Shown here: piece by piece, positions 25,654-38,109 of the stretch
Layout: every line of letters starts with the position of its first letter
How positions within the stretch are numbered: position 1 is the first letter of the stretch
Assembly: GCF_006345805.1 (NCBI RefSeq)
Contig: NC_043006.1
Span: 23,498,001-23,562,000, forward strand
Direction: 5' to 3'
DNA length: 64,000 bases
Source of the DNA: Octopus sinensis
Taxonomy: Eukaryota
The notes under the pieces: generated by a model
The model's database searches: none
Told to the model about the DNA's origin: nothing
Seen by the model: the letters and a program-made list of their open reading frames with translations, nothing else
Made by a program: the position numbers and the translations under genes

Positions 25654-27790
25654 TAGGGTGTAGGTTCATAATGCCTACTGAAGTTTCTACCAAACTTGGT
25701 CTGCTGACTTAATGCAATGCAGAAGCAGTATATGTCAAATTTTAGCTTTCAAGTTTAAGTAGTTTAGGAGTTTTAGAGTTTTTATGTTGTTACCACTCAG
25801 GTCCTGCTTTAGGAAATATCCTCTTCCTCTCCTTCTTATTTCTGTGACGCTAAAAACTCTGACTATATTAACTGTTTTTCAGAATAGTAGTTTTATCCAA
25901 CTAAAGTACCTAAAATAATGTTTCATAAGAGAAGTGCTTGTGTCACTGAAAAGAACAAAAAATCTGGACGAAGAATCTCGTGCAATTTCAAGACTCACAT
26001 AGGGAAAGGAGACTTGTTCCTCGAGAAGAGCATTCTTTGGAAAACAACTGCAGGATATCAATGAAACTTCACATTGTCGGTCGCTACCTGTTCCTTGGAG
26101 GTACCATCAAAGGAAGGAAAGAAAGAACAAAGGACATTTCGAAAGAAGTAACTTTTATATGGCAAAAGAAATTAAATTTCTTGTATTTATGAATTCAAAA
26201 TGTACAAAAGTAGAAAAAGTGCTGAATACTTACAATAACTGTATAAAACGAGGAAAATACGATTCATTGAAAAGAATTTTTGACATCACAAAGGAAAATG
26301 GTGAATGGCTGTGCAATGAGGATAGAAGGTTATATTATCTTCCAATTGAAAGCAAGGGACAGGTTGGGTATGCAACTAGATAGGCAGCCAGTTCCAAAAC
26401 TATTCCATCCATCCAAACGAAAAATGCCAGCTTCAACCAGAGCAACTCCAGTGTCATCGTCAACGTCTTAAGCAGAGACTGAGGGTGGATATCAAGAGTC
26501 CGAAAAATCAGATGAAGAATCCACACAAACAAGGCGGAAGTATAGCAAAACTGGAACTGCAACCAAGTTAGTAATATCTTCCAAGCTATCAACTCAAAAA
26601 GCAGCAACAGTTTGTCGACAATTGTCTCAAGAAGGAATCAATGTCGAGACTCCTTCCTAATTTGGTATTTACAGTCCAACTATCAAAGAAGCTGTTAAAT
26701 TAAAAAAGAAAATGAAGAAAACACTACATTTAGAAAACTGATCATTGCATTTTCATGATAAACGTATTGATGACCAAGAATACCAAGTGCTAGTTTTAAA
26801 GAATAGACAGTGGGAGTTAAGTTAGAAGCACTCCAAACGGAAAAGCCGATACTGTTGTGAAAGAAATAACAGCTGTTTTAGATGAATACAATTTATGGAA
26901 CTGCGTAAAGATGTCGCTGATACAACGAGTGTGAAGACTGGGGAAAGAAATGGCATTGTCATTCAGTTACAAAGACTGTTTGCTCAAAAGGGTTTGAAAG
27001 AACAGCAGTTTATTGGTTGTCAGTATCATATCCTTGATAGAGTTCTTCGTGTTGTAATGGATAACGAACTTGGAGAAAAACAAAGTACATTCATCCCAGA
27101 GTTTCTAAGTAATGACGAGAAACTCCAGGCTAATCTCAATAATGTTGAAGAAAAGATTACTGAATCAGCAGGATGGCGAGATGACATGAAATTTCTATTT
27201 CATTTGACCAGAGTTTTTCGTTTCTTTGAAGAAACAGGAAAATTTCCAACTCTAAAGTTTCAAAACATACCCAACTTAAATAAAGCAAGATGGAATTCTC
27301 GAGCAATACTAGCTCTTTGGCATTTATTCTTCTACCAGAGAAAATAGTTTTGCTTCTCAATATTTGTCGATTTTTGGTTTACTAACCAAATGTTCAATGC
27401 ACGTGATTATCAGAAGTTATGTGGTAGCCTGCAAGCTCATAAAAAAGCATTGAACTCTGTAAAAAACCTTTGGAGTCAAGAACCATCAAAACAGGAAATT
27501 TCCAGAACAAATCAGAGTGCTTATGGGCAATCAAGTGCCTTCAAGATTTTATGATGTTTGTAAGAAGGAGGAACTTCAGCTTCGATTTATTTTATCCAAC
27601 AAAACATATGAATTCTTTGTTATGTTTTAAAATTTGCTAATATTCAGCACTCTTTTTCTTATACAGTAATTCAAAATTGGAATTAAATCTATAAAGTTAA
27701 AAATATGTATTATTTTAAATTTTGTATGTTATCGAATGCTTGTAGTAGCCTCTGTCTTAAAATAACCTAGTTTTGAACCTTTGCACACAA
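25654..27790 (+). mobile_element. Decayed hAT-like (hATm-type) DNA transposon
   Basis: Broken transposase with VADTTSVKTGERNG, GCQYHILD and LNKARWNSRAILAL, resembling the DTT..NTG / C..H / ARW motifs of hATm-like transposases. The left end TAGGGTGTAGGTTCAT imperfectly matches the right end TTTTGAACCTTTGCACAC in inverted orientation. Confidence 0.6.
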
Positions 27791-27989
27791 CAATTTCAAT
27801 TCAGTAATCTTAAAAATGTATAAATATACTTTTATTTCACATCTTTCTTGCGTTTACAAGGATTTAGGCAGCAGAAATACTGAAGTGTGGATCTAGTGCC
27901 ACCGAGTGATTATAGTTTCAAAAGCCTCTAACTCCGAAACTACTTCAACTAGAAAGCTGTAATTTCAGATATACTATTTCTGTATTGCA

Positions 27990-28300
27990 TTGAGTCAGCA
28001 CATCAAGTTTGATAAAAACTTGAACAGGCGGTTTATCCGGGATTTTGTGAAGGAATTTGTCCAATGACTTCTTGAACTTTATGGGGTCTGTTTCTGTTTT
28101 AATGTGTTTTGGTGTTATGTTAAAGAGGGCGGAGCCAATTGAGGTGAAATAATTGTGCAGTATTGTCGTTATATGATGCGAGTATGATTTATGTTGTGGG
28201 CGGATAGCATGGGGTCCAAGACTTGGGTGTATCTTAAAGGTGATGCCAACATTATTTGGGCAATACTGATGGAATATTTTCCACATCATACAGACAACCA
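27990..28300 (-). mobile_element. CR1/L2-type LINE 3' fragment
   Basis: MWKIFHQYCPNNVGITFKIHPSLGP...GSALFNITPKHIK..DPIKFKKSLDKFLHKIPDKP; same family as 46600-47114. Confidence 0.8.
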
Positions 28301-28705
28301 CTGTCAGTGTATTTATGTCTCCGTGACTTAGCGGTTCGTCTTGGCTCAATACCCCTCACCGTTTGTTTTTACTGTTTTGTTCTCACTGTCCTGTTCTTGT
28401 TACCACTTTCACCCTCCGCAGAAAATCCCAAATTTTATTTAATTTGCTTTGCGAGAAGGACTTGCAACGAAGTCGCGTATTGTTCTTACCTTCGGAATGC
28501 GGAGTAGATGAAACAGGGACAACCGATGAAGAGGAATCTTCATTATGTTGCATGTCTCGTTTCTCAGTTTGTTTTTTTCGTTGTTCGAAGAAAAGTTCAT
28601 TTTTATGTTTTTGTTTTTGTTTTCGTTTCTCATTGTGTTCAACTTCTTTTTTTTATGTCCTGTACCCATATATGCATGTATACATATATATGTAGGTATG
28701 TACAC

Positions 28706-28787
<82 letters not shown>

Positions 28788-28950
28788 TTTATTTATTATT
28801 TTGCAAATTACTTAATCATTGTTATGTTTTATCTTATATTTAATCTTTCTATAAGATGTAATTTTTCTAAATGGTATAATTTAATTTTTCATTATTGAAT
28901 TGATAAAAGGTGGGGTTTTTTTCTAATTTATATGGAATAATATTCCCTCA

Positions 28951-29000
<50 letters not shown>

Positions 29001-29260
29001 CCACGGGCCTCTTTCAGTTTCCGCGTACGAAATTCATTCACAAGACTTTGGTCCGCCCGACCCTATAGTAAGAAAACAGTTGTCCAAGGTGCCACGCAGT
29101 GGAACTGAACTCTGAACTTAATACGGTTGGGAAACAATTTTCTTAAAACCACCCAACTTCTATATCTATCGGTTATTGCTCATGTATATATATATAAAAT
29201 GTGTGAGATATTTGGTACAGTTAGGTATATTTGAAAAAAGATAAAGTATGACATCACCGA

Positions 29261-29595
29261 TAGTTCTAATCAGTTTAATTTATATTAAAAAAAATTTTTT
29301 TGATGATATAAGTTTTAGTTTATAGATCTAGTAAGTTCTTAACTTGGATGTGGAGAATTTTTTAAAGACATTTTTTCTTGTTAACTTTTTGGGGAGAGCT
29401 TTCTCGCATTCGTTGTCAAACCCTAAATCCTCAGATCTGTTTGACAAAGAACGCGAGAAGGTTCTCCCAAAAGTTAACAAGAAAAAAAAATGTTTTTAAA
29501 AAAGTCTCCACATCCAAGTTAAGAACTTACTAGATATATGAACTAAAATTTATATCATCAAAAAAATGTTCAATAAATTAAACTGATTAGAACTA
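29261..29595. repeat. Foldback element, ~160-bp arms, 17-nt loop
   Basis: 29261-29421 is the imperfect reverse complement of 29439-29595; duplicated at ~30361-30675. Confidence 0.9.
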
Positions 29596-29643
29596 CCTGT
29601 GAAGTCATTCTTTTTCTTTTTTCAAACACACATATATACATAC

Positions 29644-29719
<76 letters not shown>

Positions 29720-29926
29720 TTGTAGAGAGCGAGAGATGTATATATATATGTATATATATATGTATATATATATATATGTCTATATATGTATATATATATA
29801 TATGGAGAGAGAGGAGAGTGGTGGGGAGACAGACACACAGACAGACTGATACTGATACTGATAGATAAACAGATAGATTGAAGGAAAGAGACAGAGAGTG
29901 AGGTCAGTGGGTTGAGAGTAGTGTGA

Positions 29927-29968
<42 letters not shown>

Positions 29969-30743
29969 TGCGCAAAGAGACATAGCTTCGTGATTAGCAT
30001 CATGGCTCATTGAAGTAACTGTATCTGATCGATACAGATTTATATTGTTACTTGTACAAACCTGTTAACATCATCAATGGTATTGAAAACAAAAAACAAA
30101 AAACAGAACGAAATATAGCAGAGAACGAAAATTGACGATCCAGTCTCTGACATTAATGAAGTGTGCCAAGACTTAGGAAGACCAATAATCTTCATCAATG
30201 ACATCATCTCCGTCAACTTGCTCGAATTTTCCTTAATTGTATTTAAGCTTGTGGTGTAATGATTGTGCTTGGCCTAGTTGGTAAAGGTGTTGCACTCACG
30301 ACCGCAAAATCGTGGGTTTCGATTCCTGAGCAAGGCGGTCTGTTATATTCTTAAGTAAAATAAAAAAAATTTTTTTGATGATATAAGTTTTAGTTTATAG
30401 ATCTAGTAAGTTCTTAACTTGGATGTGGGGAATTTTTAAAGACATTTTTTCTTGTTAACTTTTTGGGGAGAGCTTTCTCGCATTCGTTGTCAAACCCTAA
30501 ATCCTCAGATCGGTTTGACAAAGAACGCGAGAAGGTTCTCCCAAAATTAACAAGAAAAAAAAATGTTTTTAAAAAAGTCTCCACATCCAGTTAAGAACTT
30601 ACTAGATATATGAACTAAAATTTATATCATCAAAAAAATGTTCAATAAATTAAACTGATTAGAACTACCTGTGAAGTCATTCTTTTTCTTTTTTCAAACA
30701 CACATATATACATACATACATACATACATATATATATATATAT

Positions 30744-30795
<52 letters not shown>

Positions 30796-31008
30796 GCTTG
30801 TAGAGAGCGAGAGATGTATATATATATGTATATATATATGTATATATATATAATATATATGTCTATATATGTATATATATATATATGGAGAGAGAGGAGA
30901 GTGGTGGGGAGACAGACACACAGACAGACTGATACTGATACTGATAGATAAACAGATAGATTGAAGGAAAGAGACAGAGAGTGAGGTCAGTGGTTGAGAG
31001 TAGTGTGA

Positions 31009-31058
<50 letters not shown>

Positions 31059-31465
31059 GAGAGGAATGCGCAAAGAGACATATAGCTTCGTGATTAGCAT
31101 CATGGCTCATTGAAGTAACTGTATCTGATCGATACAGATTTATATTGTTACTTGTACAAACCTGTTAACATCATCATGATATTGAAAACAAAAAACAAAA
31201 ACAGAACGAAATATAGCAGAGAACGAAAATTGACGATCCAGTCTCTGACATTAATGAAGTGTGCCAAGACTTAGGAAGACCAATAATCTTCATCAATGAC
31301 ATCATCTCCGTCAACTTGCTCGAATTTTCCTTAATTGTATTTAAGCTTGTGGTGTAATGATTGTGCTTGGCCTAGTTGGTAAAGGTGTTGCACTCACGAC
31401 CGCAAAATCGTGGGTTTCGATTCCTGAGCAAGGCGGTCTGTTATATTCTTAAGTAAAATAAAAAA
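29287..31465. repeat. Near-identical ~1.1-kb tandem duplication
   Basis: 29287-30365 is repeated at 30361-31465; differences are mostly indels in homopolymers and microsatellites. Confidence 0.92.
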
Positions 31466-31671
31466 AAATTTTAAAAACAGGCACCTGGCCCCTATGAGTG
31501 TTAGCACTCTACACAGAAATGTCCAGAGGATTTTGTTATAATGTGGATCCTCCTCCACTTGTATGCTGTGATCGGCACCGTAATATTCTTGTCGCCACTG
31601 TTATCTTGTGGCGATATACTACTTAAATATAACGTGGATATATGAGGATGCGCAGACAGAAAGACAGATAG

Positions 31672-31901
31672 ACGGCGAGCTGGCAGAAACGTTAGCACGC
31701 CGGGCGAAATGCGCAGCCGCATTTCGTCTGCCGTTACGTTCTGAGTTCAAATTCCGCCAATCTCGACTTTGCCTTTCATCCTTTCGGGGTCGATAAATTA
31801 AGTACCAGTTACGCACTGGGGTCGATATAATCGACTTAATCCGTTTGTCTGTCCTTGTTTGTCTTCTCTGTGTGTAGCCCCTTGTGGGCAGCAAAGAAAT
31901 A

Positions 31902-31911
<10 letters not shown>
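31672..31911 (+). mobile_element. SINE family A
   Basis: Full head, core and tail match. Confidence 0.88.
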
Positions 31912-31997
<86 letters not shown>

Positions 31998-32417
31998 GTG
32001 CGTGTAGATATGAGTGTGTGTGTATAGGAATACATGTATGTGCATACGCAAATATGTATACGAATATGTATGCATGCATATATATGCATATATGTATGCA
32101 TATGTTTATACATGGCTACACTCCAATGACGAAGGCATGTACAAGCGTAAAAGGATAAATGGATACATACATATATATACAGAAACATACATACATACAT
32201 ACAGGCACATACATATATATACTTGTGTGTGTATGTGTGTGTGTACGTGTGTGTGTGTACGTGTGTGTGTAGATATATATATGTATGTATGTATGTATTA
32301 TGCATGTATTATGTAGGTTGCTTATTCTTCGCGAATGTTTTTGATATTGATTAATAAGGAATTAAGATACAATCAGGGTCTTTTTATTAGTAGAATGACT
32401 TCTGTGTGTGCGTGCGT

Positions 32418-32448
<31 letters not shown>

Positions 32449-32453
<5 letters not shown>

Positions 32454-32572
32454 TGGTACTTTGTGAAACATTTAACAAACAATGGAGGAGTATTGACTTT
32501 ATAGAGGACCATTGTAAGTCCGCGTACGTAAATATTGGTATTTAGCAAATTGGTCACTAGTACCTGTGTGAA

Positions 32573-32613
<41 letters not shown>

Positions 32614-32734
32614 TGGTACTTTGTGAAACATTTAACAAACAATGGAGGAGTATTGACTTTATAGAGACCATTGTAAGTCCGCGTACGTAAATATTGGTAT
32701 TTAGCAAATTGGTCACTAGTAACCTGTGTGAATG

Positions 32735-32772
<38 letters not shown>

Positions 32773-32887
32773 GGTACTTGTGAAACATTTAACAAACATG
32801 AGGAGGAGTATTGACTTTATAGAGGACCATTGTAAGTCCGCGTACGTAATATTGGTATTAGCAAATTGGTCCTAGTACCTGTGTGAA

Positions 32888-32925
<38 letters not shown>

Positions 32926-33061
32926 GTATTTGGTACTTTGTGAAAAATTTTTAACAAACAATGGAGGAGTATTGACTTTATAGAGGACCATTGTAAGTCC
33001 GCGTACGTAAATATTGGTATTTAGCAAATTATTCACTAGTACCTGTTGTGAATGTTTGTGT

Positions 33062-33105
<44 letters not shown>

Positions 33106-33109
33106 TGTG

Positions 33110-33140
<31 letters not shown>
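32449..33140. repeat. Tandem array of four ~130-bp units separated by (TG)n (period ~160 bp)
   Basis: Units start at 32449, 32609, 32768 and ~32927; a fifth solo unit lies at 36460-36590. Confidence 0.95.
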
Positions 33141-33150
<10 letters not shown>

Positions 33151-33335
33151 TGTGAGTGTTAGTGATGCCAATCATTGCTTGTCGCCGCCGCTCGCCCCAC
33201 TTAACGCAAATGAGAAATTTAATCCCTGATAGTATGTAAACCTTATTAAAAACCCCTAGTCTGTTGGTGTCGATATTGTGAAACACTACATCTTTAACAT
33301 TCCTTGCGCAAAACGAACCTAAATTAAGCAATACC

Positions 33336-33566
33336 TATTTCTTTATTACCCACAAGGGGCTAAACATAGAGGGGACAAACAAGGACAGACATAGGTATTA
33401 AGTCGATTACATCGACCCCAGTGCGTAACTGGTACTTAATTTATCGACCCCGAAAGGATGAAAGGCAAAGTCGACCTCGGCGGAATTTGAACTCACAACG
33501 TAACGCAGACGAAATACCGCTAAGCATTTCGCCCGGCGTGCTAACGTTTCTGCCAGCTCGCCGCCT
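33336..33566 (-). mobile_element. tRNA-derived SINE family A (Nin/Deu-like core), full length with TSD
   Basis: Head GGCGGCGAGCTGGCAGAAACGTTAGC, B box GAGTTCAAATTCC, core GCCTTTCATCCTTTCGGGGTCGATAAATTAAGTACCAG. Exact 16-bp TSD TAAATTAAGCAATACC at 33320-33335 and 33567-33582. The Nin/Deu assignment is from recall. Confidence 0.9.
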
Positions 33567-33761
33567 TAAATTAAGCAATACCGTGTTGACGAAACCGACA
33601 ACAAAGAGCATCTGTACCGTCAGCCATACCCGTCTGAAGAATGCTAAGCTACAAAGAACATGAGTATCTGAATAACGGAACGCTATCAGTTGGAAATAGA
33701 AATCAACAAATTAAATATGTTCTCTACCTACGTATTGAGTTCTTCTTTGTTCGTAGTGTCC

Positions 33762-34026
33762 GGCGAGCTGGCCTAAGGCGGCGAGCTGGCCTAAGGCGGC
33801 GAGCTGGCAGAAACGTTAGCACGACGAGCGAAATGCTTTGTGGTATTTCGTTCGCCGCTGCGTTCTGAGTTCAAATTCCGCCGAGGTCGACTTTGCCTTT
33901 CATCCTTTCGGGGTCGATAAATTAAGTACCAGTTACGCACTGGGGTCGATGTAATCGACTTAATCCGTTTGTCTGTCCTTGTTTGTCCTCTCTGTGTTTA
34001 GCCCCTTGTGGGTAGTAAAGAAATAG
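33762..34026 (+). mobile_element. SINE family A, full length with triplicated 5' end
   Basis: Near-identical to 33336-33566 in the opposite orientation. Confidence 0.9.
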
Positions 34027-34332
34027 GTATACGCATAACGTACACAGGCTTACACCCACATACATGTACTCAAATGCATTCGCACATACGCTCGTGTAGA
34101 AAAGAAAAAAAACCCAGCTGTCAGTACATTGCGTAGGAAGTCCGTCAAACACTTATGATTTTATTAATAGTGATTTCGAAGTTTTGCCGGGTATGTGATC
34201 TTATTTTCCAAATTGAATATGCCACTGACTCGACAAAATTTCGAAATTTCAATAGAATGACGTGTATGCGTGTATGTCTGTGTACGAGTGTGTTTATGTG
34301 TGTGTGTGGATAAAACACCATACTTTAACTTA

Positions 34333-34882
34333 CAGTGGTTCCCAAACTTTTTCAGGCTACTGCCCCCTTGACACCCAGGCCAAATTCCTAGCACCCCACC
34401 CCCAACTAACCCTCACAAACATAGACCTCTTTCTGAAGCAAATTCAAAGCAACTGTATTTAATAAGCAATAATAAATCTCTGAACGAGATGTAAACAGTA
34501 ACCGCTCGACATTGTAAAGCATAATAGCCAGCTGGAGATGATCTCCAGGGGCTAAAAGCTAGAGTAACACCCACCCTTTGTGGTTAGCCATATTGAGATG
34601 GCTATTATACTTTACATTGTATTTAATAAATTAAACTTAAACTAATGAATCCATTATTTTATTGCTTTTACAGGAATCGCCACCCCATTATCCCCACCAA
34701 TTTTTACATGAATTGCCACCCATTATCCGCCCCCCGCCCAATTTTACATGAATTGCGACTCCATTATACCCTCAATTTTTACATGACTCACCACCCCATT
34801 ATCTCCCCAATTTTCTTCAATGCCTCTTTGGAACTTTCCACCGCCCCCAGGAGTGCAGTACCGCCCACTTTGAGAACCACTG
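34333..34882. mobile_element. hAT MITE with internal ~34-bp minisatellite
   Basis: TIRs CAGTGGTTCCCAAA / TTTGAGAACCACTG, imperfect TSD (CTTTAAC), and internal CACCCCATTATCCCC..AATTTTTACATGA repeats at ~34680-34810. Confidence 0.8.
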
Positions 34883-34999
34883 CTTTAACAGACGACTGCA
34901 TATATATTCATCCGCTTACTGGTTCTCCGTCGGTTTCGACGAATAATGTTCAAGTTGATCCGCTCAACGGAACTCATACATAGATGTTATGTTTTTTAC

Positions 35000-35452
35000 T
35001 ATTTTACTTGTTTCAGTATTTTGACTGCGGCCACGTTGGATCACTGCCTTTAGTCGAAGAAATCGACCCTAGGACTTATTCTTTTTAAGCCTAGTACTTA
35101 TTCTATCGGCCTTTTTTGCCGAACCGCTAAGTTACGGGGACGTAAACAAACCAACATCTGTTGTCCAGCGATGGCAGGAGGACAATGACAGATACACAAA
35201 TACATACCTACAAACATATATATATGTGTGTGTGTGTGTGTGTGCGTGTGTATGTATGTGTGTGTGTGCGTGTGTGTGTACATATATACGACGGGCTTCT
35301 TTCAGTTTCCGTCTACCAAATTCACTCACGTGGCTTTGGTCGGCCCGAGGTTATAGTAGAAGATGCTTGCTCATGGTGCCACGCAGTGGGACTGAACTCG
35401 AAACCATGTGGTAGGGAAGCCAGCTTCTTACCACACAGCCACATCTGCACCT
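35000..35452 (-). mobile_element. SINE family B
   Basis: Full-length match. Confidence 0.85.
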
Positions 35453-35469
35453 ATGATTCTCTTTCTTAT

Positions 35470-35720
35470 CTTTTTTTTTACCTCCGCCAAGAAAGAATGT
35501 TGTTTTCATCGGCGTTGGTTTGTCCGTCTGTCCGTCAGTGTGCAAAATAACTCAAAAGGTTGTAAACGGTATTTGATGAAACTTGCAGCAAAAGTTGGTA
35601 ATGACACAAGGAACATATGATGACCCGGGAATTTTTATGGATTCTTGAAGGATTTTTCTTTTGTTATATTTACTTTACATGAAGTATTACAATGTTACGT
35701 TCTTTGATTACCTCCCTTGA
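35470..35720 (+). mobile_element. HINE-like remnant (ACCTCCGCCAAG.. type)
   Basis: TTTACCTCCGCCAAG...GTTTGTCCGTCTGTCCGTC..GATGAAACTTG; a second start TTTACCCCCGCCAAGGAGGT occurs near 36366. Confidence 0.45.
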
Positions 35721-35949
35721 AAACACACCGTTTCCACGTAACCTATGGTGGCGTTGCTGTTTAGGGACAGTGTTGATGATGACGATGGTCGAGATATGTA
35801 TGGGAGGAGGATAAAATAGTATCGGTGGTTATAATAGCAACAGGAGCGGTGTGATGTGTGATGCTGAGGTGATGGTGGTAATAGTGGTGTTGATGATAGT
35901 GTTAGTTGTGTGATGGTGGTATTGTAGTGGTTATACTGGTTGTAGTGGA

Positions 35950-36180
35950 AGGCGTCGAGCTGGCAGAATCGTTAGCACGCCGGGCGAAATGCGTAGCCGT
36001 ATTTCGTCTGCCATTTCGTTCTGAGTTCAAATTCCGCCGAGGCCGACTTTGCCTTTCATCCTTTCGGGGTCGATAAATAAAGTACCAGTTTCGCACTGGG
36101 GTCGATGTAATCGATTTAATCCCTTTGTCTGTCCTTGTTTGTCCCCTCTGTGTTTAGCCCCTTGTGGGTAGTAAAAGCAA
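35950..36180 (+). mobile_element. SINE family A
   Basis: Full head, core and tail match. Confidence 0.88.
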
Positions 36181-36583
36181 TATATACTGGTTGTGGTGGT
36201 GAAAGTGACTGTCAAGGTAACCGTCGTGATAACATTGATGGCGGTGCCTGTGGTTGAAGTGGAAGCAATGACAATGCTGCTGATGATGTTGGTGGTTGTG
36301 AACTGCTTCAGATGATTCCTGTTTTTAAGGGGGGGGGTTCTTAAAATCATATGGCTGTTTTTTTTTTACCCCCGCCAAGGAGGTATGTTTTTGTTTTTTC
36401 ATTTATTTATTTATTCATTCATTCATTCATTTTCAAAGCAAAAGCATTGCTACGATTCTTACTTTGGTACTTTGTGAAACATTTAACAAACAATGGAGGA
36501 GTATTGACTTTATAGAGGACCATTGTAAGTCCGCGTACGTAAATATTGGTATTTAGCAAATTGGTCACTAGTACCTGTGTGAA

Positions 36584-36640
<57 letters not shown>

Positions 36641-37646
36641 CAATACTCTTCACTCTAAGGCTAGTGTTGTGTGTTGGTGTATAAATAATTAATTGGTTAT
36701 TGCATAGCACAACTTAAGTACGCAGTTTCGATTTGCGGTCATGTACGTACGTGTGTGACAGCGAGTGGGTGCGTTTGAATCTGTGCACATATGTATGTGT
36801 GTATGTGACTGTGAAAGTGTGTATGTGTGTGTGTGTGAATGTGTATATGTGTGTGTGCATTTCATTGTGTGCGAGTGTGTGTGTACGCGCCCTCGCGCCT
36901 GCGTGAGAGTGTGTGTGTGTGGTCTGTTTTATTTAGCTCGGATGCATGCGTTTGTATGTGTTCAAGTATGCTGTCTGAGATTATACCTTTATGCACTTAT
37001 GGATGTCTAGATACATGTGAGTATGTACGCATGTGTACGAACCCTAGCTAATATTCTGGAGCGTTGTCTGGTAAAAAATTAATAACTTAGACTAGTTTAA
37101 CAAAAGCTTGACAACGATCAAGATATCATTGGATTATTGACTTCATAACATTGACCTATTTTCATCATCATTCCACGTTTTTCGTAAGCAAGCCGGCAGG
37201 AATCGCTCTGAGCACTCTAATTTTTTCACGATGAACCTACCAGCCGTTTCGGATATGTGGTGAAAGGCGTTGTTATTGCTGTAGCTTATTATTGTTGCGC
37301 TATGCTTTTCTCCCTGGTTGTCCACCAGCCATTAAAGATGCAGGCGGAGTTAATATTAAGAAGTTTGTTTTAAATCACGTGGTTTCATGCTCCATCTTGC
37401 TGCGAGATTCGTTGTTGAGCTATTATCTTCTACAATATATTTGAACCAACCAAAACCTTCTAAGTGTAATATGCTATAGGTGCAGGGGTGGACGTGTGGT
37501 TAAGAAGCTTGCTTTGCAACCACCTGGTTCCAGGTTCAGTCCCACTGTGACAGCATCTTGCACCAGTATCTTCTACTATAGCTCCCAAGCCGACTGACTA
37601 CCTTGTGAGTGAATTTAAAAGCCGAAAACTATGCGGAAGCTCGTCA

Positions 37647-37688
<42 letters not shown>

Positions 37689-37779
37689 ATATATATATAT
37701 TATATATATATATATATATATACATATATATGTGTGTATATATGAATGTAATATAAGCATATATATATATGCCTATATA

Positions 37780-37841
<62 letters not shown>

Positions 37842-37843
<2 letters not shown>

Positions 37844-38077
37844 CGTTAGCCACTACACACAATTTTTTTCTCTCCTTGTTTTTTTCTGTGTCCCTTTCTG
37901 TAGAAGAGCGTAGGCTCGAAACGTAAAAGACTTTTTCTATTCCTGAGCGTTATACTAATACATCTGTTTGTTTTGTATACTACCTGTCTTCGTCTTTTGT
38001 TTTTTTTCGTAAACTCTCCCTATATATATACATATATATATATATCGTCATGCTGGACCGTTGAACTCTGCACATTT

Positions 38078-38109
<32 letters not shown>

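Noticed and set aside
26895-27347. Host gene from the 150-aa ORF
   Set aside because: Part of the frameshifted transposase fossil.
32449-33140. CRISPR-like array
   Set aside because: Repeats are ~130 bp and the spacers are just (TG)n.
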